A DNA stretch of 64,000 nucleotides, from IMG/VR virus record IMGVR_UViG_3300045999_011383. The stretch is one strand, 5' to 3'. The position numbers and the translations under genes are program-made. Of the stretch, positions 52,269-60,080 are shown piece after piece. Numbering within the stretch: position 1 is the first letter of the stretch; every line of letters begins with the position of its first letter. Below the pieces are notes generated by a model. It saw only the letters and a program-made list of their open reading frames with translations. It ran no database searches and had not been told where the DNA came from. This DNA is from a virus.

Positions 52269-53714
52269 ATGACCGAAAAACCAGGGGAATATACAGCCAA
52301 GTACAAGCCAACTCAATTAATTCAAGGAACTGGACAGACTGCATTGATAACAGGATGGACTATCAAAGAAGCAGTCCAAAAACATTTGAGTAACCATGAA
52401 TATGCAGTTATTGGGCAACTATACTCACCCACAAGAGGGATTAACTTAGTGGTTCGGAATCTGCTATTAAATCCTCATGTTAGGTACTTAGTAATTCTCA
52501 ATGGAACTAAGGAAGACAAAAACGCAGGTGGCTGTCAATGTTTAGCTGACTTTTTTCGTTATGGTTTCAATAAAGGTATTAGTGATATTGGTAGAAAAAC
52601 CTGGGTAATTTCTTCTTCTATTACTGGCTATATTGACATCGAGATTGATATGAATGTTTTAAAAAAATTGCGTGAGTCTGTAGAAATCAAGGAAGTACAA
52701 TCAATAGCCCAAGCTGTTGAAGCGGTCAGAGATTATGCAACTAAAAAACCCGTTGCACCTTGGGGAACACCCTTAGAATTTCCCATGAGTACAATTGAAT
52801 CAAATACCCTACCAGGACCCCTCTATGGTCACAGAATAGAGGGTAAAACCATTGCGGAAACCTGGGTAAAAATCATCCATAGAATTAAAACAACCGGGGT
52901 GATCCGACCCACTAGCCATGATGGAACGTGGCAGGAATTGATAGATTTAATGGCAATTATTACCAATGAGCCTGATGATTTTTACTTTCCTGAACCCAAC
53001 TATTTGCCAGTAGATAGAAGTTTTTTACAAGAATATATTTCTCAGATATTAGAGGACGCGCCTAGTCAAGAAGGGATAAAATACACCTATGGACAAAGGT
53101 TACGTTCCTGGTTTGGTAAAGACCAGGTTCGACAGGTAATTGAAAAGCTAACCCATGACATTAATTCCGCCAGGGCTGTAATGTCTCTGTGGGATATTAA
53201 AGAAGACAACGATGAATCTAATCCCCCCTGTTTAAATCATATTTGGGTAAGGGTAGTCAGCGGTGAACTGTCTTTAACCGCAACCTTTCGTAGTAATGAT
53301 ATGTTCTCAGCATGGCCAGCCAATGCCATGGGTTTAAGGGCTTTACAGAAATATATTTATAGTGCTTTATTGAGTTCCCATCAATCCCTCAAATTAGGTC
53401 CATTGATTACCATTAGTCAGAGCGCTCATATTTATGATGATTGTTTTGAGAATGTCAGCAAGGTAATCTCATCTCAGTATGGTAAGATTGCCAAAAACCA
53501 GGATTACTCTGATCCTGTGGGGAATTTTATTATTAGTAATCAAGAGGGTAAAGTCGTGGTTGAGCATACCACCCCTGGTTCAGGAGAGGTGGTTAATTGT
53601 TATTCAAATAAGTCCGCTTATAAGGTGTCACAAGAAATAATGAGAGATTGTCCAGGGTTGCAAAACTCCCATGCTATGTATTTGGGATGGGAGTTGTGCA
53701 AGTTAAAGTATTAA
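52269..53714 (+). CDS. ThyA-superfamily enzyme (thymidylate synthase / pyrimidine hydroxymethylase-like) with ~230-aa N-terminal extension (481 aa)
   Basis: NPPCLNHIWVRVVSGELSLTATFRSNDMFSAWPANAMGL aligns to the ThyA motifs PCH..xQFyV..g.LscqlyQRSxDxxLGxPFNIAsy (Cys nucleophile, R-S-x-D, Asn). Confidence 0.7.
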   Translation: MTEKPGEYTAKYKPTQLIQGTGQTALITGWTIKEAVQKHLSNHEYAVIGQLYSPTRGINLVVRNLLLNPHVRYLVILNGTKEDKNAGGCQCLADFFRYGFNKGISDIGRKTWVISSSITGYIDIEIDMNVLKKLRESVEIKEVQSIAQAVEAVRDYATKKPVAPWGTPLEFPMSTIESNTLPGPLYGHRIEGKTIAETWVKIIHRIKTTGVIRPTSHDGTWQELIDLMAIITNEPDDFYFPEPNYLPVDRSFLQEYISQILEDAPSQEGIKYTYGQRLRSWFGKDQVRQVIEKLTHDINSARAVMSLWDIKEDNDESNPPCLNHIWVRVVSGELSLTATFRSNDMFSAWPANAMGLRALQKYIYSALLSSHQSLKLGPLITISQSAHIYDDCFENVSKVISSQYGKIAKNQDYSDPVGNFIISNQEGKVVVEHTTPGSGEVVNCYSNKSAYKVSQEIMRDCPGLQNSHAMYLGWELCKLKY

Positions 53715-53829
53715 ATTGTGCTTTAGCGTTCTTGTTCTTCTTTCTTTTGTTCTTCCTTGAATGTTCGCCAATCATCGAGAACTTTAAACCATTTTTTCTC
53801 CAAACACCAAAAATTTAACTCTCAAAAAA

Positions 53830-54852
53830 CTAGGAAACCTTGATTTCAGCGATCGCTTCTTCTAAATGTTCCTGAATCACTAATCCCTCTCGCTCTAAAA
53901 TCGCTCGTTTAGCTGCATCTTGGGCAACCCTCACAGCTTGAGCCGCAGAAAAATCTTTCATCTGTTCAATAATTCTTGGCCAGTTGATAGATCCCACTTC
54001 AATTGCAGATAGTGTTTCCCTCAGTATAAATTCTAGTTCTTTTTCTCCCGGTTTGGGTACTGCAATCAGATCATCAAATCTCCTCCATAGGGCAGTATCC
54101 AAAGATTTATTCAAATTCGTAGCGGCTACCATAAGCCCAGAAGAAGGTTGATATTCATCCAAAATTTGCAAAAATGTATTTACTACTCGCTTAATTTCTC
54201 CCACTTCCTGAGAATCTTCTCGTGTCTTAGCAATTGAGTCACATTCATCTAAAAATAATAAACATGGATTTTTTGCAGCATCCTCAAATACCAGTCTTAA
54301 ATTACTGGCTGTCTCCCCTAAAAAAGACGACACCATTGCATCAAAACGTACTTTTAACAGTGGTAAACCTGTATTCCAGGCTAAACGTTCTGCTCCTAAT
54401 GTCTTTCCACACCCAGGCGGTCCATAAAGGAGAATTTTTTGCCGATAACGCAGCCCATGATGAGCTAGTCTATCTCTTGCTGCATACTCGCGCTCAATTC
54501 TTTGAAAACGCTTTTCAATTTTTTCAGGCAATACCATGTAATGACGTAGTTTATCCCTTGGTATGGTCGTTACCAAGGGAAGGTTAAAACGCTTACTGGT
54601 TGGTAATTCGCTTAAACCCTGTAAGTTTTCTCCTGTTGTTTGTGTGGCATTTGCAAGAAAGGAAACAGGTTTGATAGGGTCGGGAGATTGATCTCTGGGT
54701 TTCTTTTTAGCAATATTCTCTAACTGGTCAGCAAGGAGGGTATGCCCTTTACTGCGCTCTTCTTCTATGACCAGATATGCAAGTTTGTCAATCGCTTCTT
54801 GGTCTGAACTAGCGATCGCTCTGAAAAACCTTTTGAGAATCTCTCCCTTCAT
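53830..54852 (-). CDS. AAA+ ATPase (classic clade), 340 aa
   Basis: Walker A ILLYGPPGCGKT, Walker B CLLFLDECDS, second region of homology ...VAATNLNKSLDTALWRRFD. Confidence 0.8.
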   Translation of the reverse strand: MKGEILKRFFRAIASSDQEAIDKLAYLVIEEERSKGHTLLADQLENIAKKKPRDQSPDPIKPVSFLANATQTTGENLQGLSELPTSKRFNLPLVTTIPRDKLRHYMVLPEKIEKRFQRIEREYAARDRLAHHGLRYRQKILLYGPPGCGKTLGAERLAWNTGLPLLKVRFDAMVSSFLGETASNLRLVFEDAAKNPCLLFLDECDSIAKTREDSQEVGEIKRVVNTFLQILDEYQPSSGLMVAATNLNKSLDTALWRRFDDLIAVPKPGEKELEFILRETLSAIEVGSINWPRIIEQMKDFSAAQAVRVAQDAAKRAILEREGLVIQEHLEEAIAEIKVS

Positions 54853-54951
54853 ATTGCCTCTCTCTGCAAAAATAGAAGTTTCTTATGTATGTAGTACAAT
54901 TATACTCTATAACTCAGTGGATGACAAATTGTATCATGATCTTGCCTTGCA

Positions 54952-54965
54952 TTGCAACTGGGCTT
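54952..54965 (+). other. inverted 14-nt copy of the CRISPR repeat 3' end (TTGCAACTGGGCTT), anti-repeat candidate
   Basis: Exact reverse complement of AAGCCCAGTTGCAA from the repeat. Confidence 0.6.
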
Positions 54966-54968
54966 TGA

Positions 54969-55034
54969 CTTGCAATTAACCCAGTCCCTCAAGGTCGGCT
55001 TCTTGCAATTAACCCAGTTCCCCAAGTCCGGTTT
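54969..55034 (+). repeat. two abutting 33-nt degenerate CRISPR repeats without spacers
   Basis: cttgcaattaacccagtccctcaaggtcggctt / cttgcaattaacccagttccccaagtccggttt align to the 37-nt repeat with about 1/3 mismatches. Confidence 0.7.
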
Positions 55035-56171
55035 GCTTCAACTATCCTCAGTCCCTAAGCCCAGTTGCAAGTGTCAAGGGGTTTATTTTCGAAACCCTTA
55101 TATTTCCTACGTCGTTTCAACTATCCTCAGTCCCTAAGCCCAGTTGCAAGTGAAGGACGTGATTCTAATGCAGCAAAGAACATCTGTTTCAACTATCCTC
55201 AGTCCCTAAGCCCAGTTGCAAGACACATTCTTTATCTTTTAAATATAGCTTATACCATCTGTAGTTTCAACTATCCTCAGTCCCTAAGCCCAGTTGCAAG
55301 AACACCTTACCACCTTTAAGGTAAGACGGCACTTTAGGTTTCAACTATCCTCAGTCCCTAAGCCCAGTTGCAAGACAGAATTGAGAGAACTTTCAAGCCA
55401 TAAGAGAGTAGCGTTTCAACTATCCTCAGTCCCTAAGCCCAGTTGCAAGATTTTCAAAAATTTAAAAATGAATCTGGACATGAAGATGTTTCAACTATCC
55501 TCAGTCCCTAAGCCCAGTTGCAAGAATGCACATTAACAAAAAAAAACCATGAAAAACCGTTTCAACTATCCTCAGTCCCTAAGCCCAGTTGCAAGAAAAC
55601 TTATCAGATACTTAATAAGGCTATAGGTTAGTTTCAACTATCCTCAGTCCCTAAGCCCAGTTGCAAGCTCCCATTTATACAGCTTACTAGCAGCGCAAAT
55701 AGTTTCAACTATCCTCAGTCCCTAAGCCCAGTTGCAAGTCAAAAATCAACAGGAATTGGCCACTACTATTGAAGGATGTTTCAACTATCCTCAGTCCCTA
55801 AGCCCAGTTGCAAGATAAAGCCGTCCGGGGAGGCATGACTAATGAGGATGGTTTCAACTATCCTCAGTCCCTAAGCCCAGTTGCAAGTTGAGACAGTTAA
55901 ACCCAAGGTACTTTAACCTAGTTTCAACTATCCTCAGTCCCTAAGCCCAGTTGCAAGAAAGTATTAAAGAAATGCTCAAACTACCGGCATGTTTCAACTA
56001 TCCTCAGTCCCTAAGCCCAGTTGCAAGTTGCTACATTTACCATACTTATGGAAACTGTCAATGTTTCAACTATCCTCAGTCCCTAAGCCCAGTTGCAAGT
56101 TACTTTGTAAGACGTTATGTAAGACGGCGATGGAGTTTCAACTATCCTCAGTCCCTAAGCCCAGTTGCAAG
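55035..56171. CRISPR. CRISPR array, 16 x 37-nt repeat GTTTCAACTATCCTCAGTCCCTAAGCCCAGTTGCAAG
   Basis: Repeat starts 55035 (1 mismatch), 55114, 55186, 55264, 55338, 55413, 55488, 55559, 55631, 55702, 55778, 55851, 55921, 55991, 56063, 56135. Spacer lengths 42,35,41,37,38,38,34,35,34,39,36,33,33,35,35. Transcription direction unresolved. Confidence 0.97.
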
Positions 56172-56202
56172 TCCCGGCTTTCAAAAGCTTTATAAGTCAA
56201 GG

Positions 56203-56239
56203 GTTTCAAAGGCAATTCTGGCGGACCTGCTAAAAAATC
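56203..56239 (+). repeat. vestigial terminal repeat (only GTTTCAA conserved) after a 31-nt spacer-like segment
   Basis: gtttcaaaggcaattctggcggacctgctaaaaaatc versus the repeat. Confidence 0.4.
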
Positions 56240-56514
56240 TCATTTCAGCCGCTTAAATCAGCTTGGGTCTTTAAAAGAAACTGAGCGAAACTCTTGCAAT
56301 GTCATGGTTCTGGACTTTTGGCGAATGTCCAGGGTTTTTACCCTAGCTTTGATATGCCAAAAAGATGAGATAGTTGCCAGCCATAGTTCCGGCTGGTCTT
56401 TGGGGGTTGTCGCCTTCCCCCTTACTTTTTAGGGTAAAACCCTTACAAGTCATAAGCTAACATTACATTAGCTACCCGTCCAAACTGCGGTAATTTAATA
56501 TTAACCTAGTCCTA
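56240..56514. ncRNA. hairpin-dense 275-nt region between effector stop and array; candidate tracrRNA / omegaRNA-like scaffold
   Basis: GC-richer than the flanks. Stems CTGGAC-N11-GTCCAG (56310-56332, then GGTTTTT), CCAGCC-N8-GGCTGG, GGGGG-N10-CCCCC, AGGGT-AAA-ACCCT. Repeat-complementary patch at 56277-56300. Confidence 0.35.
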
Positions 56515-58389
56515 TTACTTTGTCAAGCGTTTTTTCTTAAATCTTTTAGGCTTTTGATAAACCAGCCTAACATTATGGTATTTGACCTCTCCCAATTCAA
56601 AACCACCATTCTGTTTATGATTTCTAGCAGCATTGGTATCAGCTTGTTGGGCAACGTCAAATAATTTACAGTCAGGGTTTTTACAGACAAATTCATACTG
56701 CGATCGCCTTTCCCCTTTCTGTCCGCAACAATGGCATATTTGAGAGCTATAATTAGCAGGTGGTTCATGGAAGTTGCCACCTCTATTTTCTATTTTTTGC
56801 TTGGTTTTAGCTTTCAAGTCACCTAAACATCTTTGTCTCATAATCCAGTTTAAACCACGTTTAGCAGATGCACCATTGTGAGCATATCCCACACCCTCTG
56901 GTAATGCTTTTGGATCTACTTGTTTAAGTAAGTTGGTAACTTGTGTATCCTCCCAAGATATATGTTCATAAGTGCGAGATAATCTTGTGGATAACTTGTG
57001 ATTAAAGGCATTAGAGGAATTAGCCCCGCGTTCGTGTAGACGGCTGATTTTTTGTTGTAACTTAGATTCATTCTTTGTCTTGATTCTAGAGGTCTTGTTG
57101 CCTAAGCTTTTCCATTTTTTATCATTAATTAATTCAGCGTTGTCTAGACGTGATTGTAATTCCTCAATGTGAATTGAGATCCGCTCCCTAGTAAGGTTAG
57201 GAAGGAATAAAGCCCCATGATCTGTAGACACTACAGCCTGTACCCCAGGGTCAATACCCGCACTCAGATTTTTACCTTTTAAAACTGATGACTGCTTAAT
57301 TTGTTGCTCAATGAATTTCAGTTTTGACTTGATATCTTGGTACTCTTCACTGTCTTCACCAAACTCTTTTTTTACCTTGGGTAACTTATTTGTTAGTACA
57401 GACTTTTCCTCTTGCAATGGGTGAGCAACTACAATATTAATGTAGTATCCTGACTGCTGTTTGGTAATCATGTATGTCCGTGGCAAAACCTGAGAAAGAT
57501 TCAATCTTTTTACCCAGTTTTTGTCAGCAATAGTGATGGGAGTAAGTCCGGTGACAGTAACTATGTTTTTGTCAATGTCAATCCTGTTAGGCGCACATTG
57601 ATTATTAGATAAAGTTGCAATCTTGTCTACATCTTTTTTGAATTTTGGCTTTCTACTGTTTATCCTTTTAGGATCTAAAAATGCCTTCCAAGATTCCTTA
57701 AAAAATGCTAACAGCCCGCCAATATAGTGGGAAGAAACCTGCAAGTCTGGTAAATTTTGGAATGCTCTTAAAGTATTTAATCCAGTCACGTTGTCAAGTT
57801 TTTCCAAAGTAGTCAGTTCCCTACCCTCATACTTTCCACTAGGGAATGTGCGGTATTTGTGAGGGACTATTTCTATCCGTTGCCAGGGCTTATCGCCTTT
57901 AACTAATTTGTACCCCTTGACGTAAATAACGCCTTTTTTGGTATTAACTGGAATATTGATATTTTCATCTCTCTTCCAATAATTCCCGCCTGTGGCTATT
58001 TGACAGGATAATCCTTCATAAGCACTATTTCCAAGCCTTAATGGCACAGGAATAATGCCTTCCAAGCTAAATGGACTCCATCTGGTAAATATCTCAAATT
58101 CTTTCTTGCTAACTAATTCCTGTTCTTTTTTAGACAGCTTAGGCTTATCCTTGGTGGAATAGTAATCTTTAACTAATTGTTGTTGCTCAGGTTTAAGTTT
58201 TTCCAGTTTTTCAGTAGCCTTGGTTAAATCTGCACTGCGTTTAGCAGCCCAAGCATACCAATCTACGCAGTGATTGTGTAGTTGGTTGGAAAGTGCTAAA
58301 TTCCACAGCCATGTTAATTCATCTAAGTAGCGATCGCACACAGCCGCCTGTTCTGATGAGAGTTTGATTTTAATCTTAATTGTCTTCAT
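56515..58389 (-). CDS. TnpB-like type V CRISPR effector (compact Cas12 / V-U-type), 624 aa
   Basis: GIDPGVQAV (RuvC-I D), HISWEDTQV (RuvC-II E), CHCC-x13-CKNPDC zinc ribbon, QQADTNAARN (RuvC-III D). Adjacent to the array. Confidence 0.8.
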   Translation of the reverse strand: MKTIKIKIKLSSEQAAVCDRYLDELTWLWNLALSNQLHNHCVDWYAWAAKRSADLTKATEKLEKLKPEQQQLVKDYYSTKDKPKLSKKEQELVSKKEFEIFTRWSPFSLEGIIPVPLRLGNSAYEGLSCQIATGGNYWKRDENINIPVNTKKGVIYVKGYKLVKGDKPWQRIEIVPHKYRTFPSGKYEGRELTTLEKLDNVTGLNTLRAFQNLPDLQVSSHYIGGLLAFFKESWKAFLDPKRINSRKPKFKKDVDKIATLSNNQCAPNRIDIDKNIVTVTGLTPITIADKNWVKRLNLSQVLPRTYMITKQQSGYYINIVVAHPLQEEKSVLTNKLPKVKKEFGEDSEEYQDIKSKLKFIEQQIKQSSVLKGKNLSAGIDPGVQAVVSTDHGALFLPNLTRERISIHIEELQSRLDNAELINDKKWKSLGNKTSRIKTKNESKLQQKISRLHERGANSSNAFNHKLSTRLSRTYEHISWEDTQVTNLLKQVDPKALPEGVGYAHNGASAKRGLNWIMRQRCLGDLKAKTKQKIENRGGNFHEPPANYSSQICHCCGQKGERRSQYEFVCKNPDCKLFDVAQQADTNAARNHKQNGGFELGEVKYHNVRLVYQKPKRFKKKRLTK

Positions 58390-59189
58390 GTCCGTCGTCT
58401 TCCTGTTGTTTTTGTCAATTGGTGTTGATGTAAATAGCTGTTTTGTGCTATATTGTTAGTTGCCGCTCCCCCAAACTAGCGGCTAAGTACCTGGTAATAG
58501 AAACGTCGTTATTGGTACTAACCGCGTTTTTTGGTATTTATTTAGGATAGCACAAATTTGGTAATTTAAAAATATTTTTTATATTAAAAATTAGACATTA
58601 ACTGATAGTTGCATACACCCCAAATCTTTACCCCAGTCATGTTTTAACTAATTCCTGCTTTCTTTTGTAAGACAATAATGTCAGACAATGTAAACAATGT
58701 AGACAAATAATCTTGTTTGAAAACAGCCACAGAACCCGTCATTTTAACCACTGGGTTCTTATTACTTATTGACAATTAGTAGATTAATAAATGTCTGCTG
58801 ATTAGGCAGACGGTATTGCACAGGTGACAACCGAGTTATTAGTATAGCATCATAGCAAGTTATTTATACAACAATTAAACAATTGCAAAATTCCGTATAC
58901 TTTAGGGTTGGCACTGGAAAACTATAAGGATATTATAGGGATATAGAGTATCTAAGCGGAATGCCCTTCATAAGAGGATTTGAGAAAAGAACTAACACCA
59001 CAGATATCTGTTGTTCCTGAGACAAAGGTGCGCCTGCTGCGCTTAAACACTATTACAGAAAAAACAAATAGACTTTGTTTCAGAATTTATAAAGCAATTT
59101 TAAAGCGTACTTATTGCATAAATAAAAAAATACCCACTAAAGCGTGTTAGTGGGTAGTGGAAATAAGCTACTTCACTGGAATACTTGCA

Positions 59190-59441
59190 TTAAATTAACT
59201 CCAGCAAAATTGTTAATGCGGACTGGATACTGTTAATAGCATCTTTGATTAATGCCCGCTTTTGGGTTGCGGGTTTGTTTGGACTAGAAACTAATAACTC
59301 ATCATTAGCTATTAGTTTCATGAATTTGGAAATGTTGGGGTCTTCACCCCACAGGCAGCCAAACTCCAAAGCTTTATTCTCTAGCTTGGCTTTGTCTTCC
59401 ATTGAGATAGAGAGCGTGATGCTCTCTTGTTTTCTACTCAT
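59190..59441 (-). CDS. ribbon-helix-helix-like small protein (83 aa)
   Basis: ESITLSISMEDKAKLENKALEFG (beta-strand then helix). 4-nt overlap with the upstream ORF. Confidence 0.5.
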   Translation of the reverse strand: MSRKQESITLSISMEDKAKLENKALEFGCLWGEDPNISKFMKLIANDELLVSSPNKPATQKRALIKDAINSIQSALTILLELI

Positions 59442-59947
59442 AGAGAAATATTCCCTTTATTTTCAATCCACCATTTTGCGGACGTGGGAATTTTCTTATT
59501 GTTTTTTAGTGCGATCGCAACATCATCTATTGCTCTAACTGCTATAGATTTAGCCCATTTAATCTGCTTTTCAGAGCCTTCAAACTTTAGCGACTCTACA
59601 TAATTAAGAGCATCTTCTCTGTTGCTTTCTGAGACTGGATCTTCTTCCTCGATCTCATAATCGCACGGAATACTATCTAAATTCTTTAAAACAGCACTGA
59701 AAATTATTTCATTTATAGGTACAGAAGAGAGAATAAAACTCTCTTCTCTGATTACCTCTAGAACTAAATCTTCAGCAATAGATTGATAGGTTTCACCTGG
59801 CTCTAACTGGAACTCAGAATTGCTCACTAAATATTCCACTACCTTTCTAACGGCTTTCTGGCATTCTGGATTTCTAAAATCCACACGAATCATTTGAAGC
59901 CCAGAAGTGTCAAATTTATTTAAAAGCCTTCTTTGTTTGATAGCCAT
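59438..59947 (-). CDS. hypothetical acidic protein (169 aa)
   Basis: ORF track. First gene of a 2-gene operon behind an early-type upstream element. Confidence 0.55.
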   Translation of the reverse strand: MAIKQRRLLNKFDTSGLQMIRVDFRNPECQKAVRKVVEYLVSNSEFQLEPGETYQSIAEDLVLEVIREESFILSSVPINEIIFSAVLKNLDSIPCDYEIEEEDPVSESNREDALNYVESLKFEGSEKQIKWAKSIAVRAIDDVAIALKNNKKIPTSAKWWIENKGNISL

Positions 59948-60013
59948 GATACAATACCTTTAAACGATGTTTTACTTAGAGGCTTGGGCTTGCTCCCCTT
60001 GCCTCTATATTTA

Positions 60014-60080
60014 TATCATTACACAATATTTTATCCTTGTCAATAGCAAAGTGTCCGTATTTTAAATATTTTGTACTGAA
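60014..60080 (-). promoter_or_regulatory. promoter (minus) TTGACA-N16-TGTGTAATGA with the early-cassette upstream element
   Basis: On the + strand, tgtcaa at 60038-60043 and TGTACTGAA at 60072-60080 (= TTCAGTACA on minus), as upstream of P2/P7/P9/P10/P11. Confidence 0.5.

Noticed and set aside
55072-55113. Hairpin AAGGGGTTT-N7-AAACCCTT inside the 42-nt first spacer as a terminator or functional element
   Set aside because: It is an imperfect stem with no T-run and occurs in a single spacer, so it is most simply a property of the captured protospacer.
54952-56256. Track ORFs 54952-55137, 55065-55319, 55294-55536, 55951-56256 and 55989-56195
   Set aside because: They are translations of the CRISPR repeats (recurring FNYPQSLSPVA / FQLSSVPKPSCK peptides), not genes.
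56515-58389. The 624-aa ORF as an ordinary IS200/IS605 or IS607 TnpB transposon
   Set aside because: No tnpA, no recognisable LE/RE hairpin ends, and direct linkage to a 16-repeat array. It is also much longer than typical ~400-aa TnpB. Only a profile or phylogeny test can exclude this fully.
58600-58616. CTGATAGTTGCATAC as an anti-repeat to the 5' end of the CRISPR repeat
   Set aside because: Only an 8-nt core (GATAGTTG) matches. Given the number of possible 8-mers and about 1.1 kb of flanks on two strands, one such hit is expected by chance.
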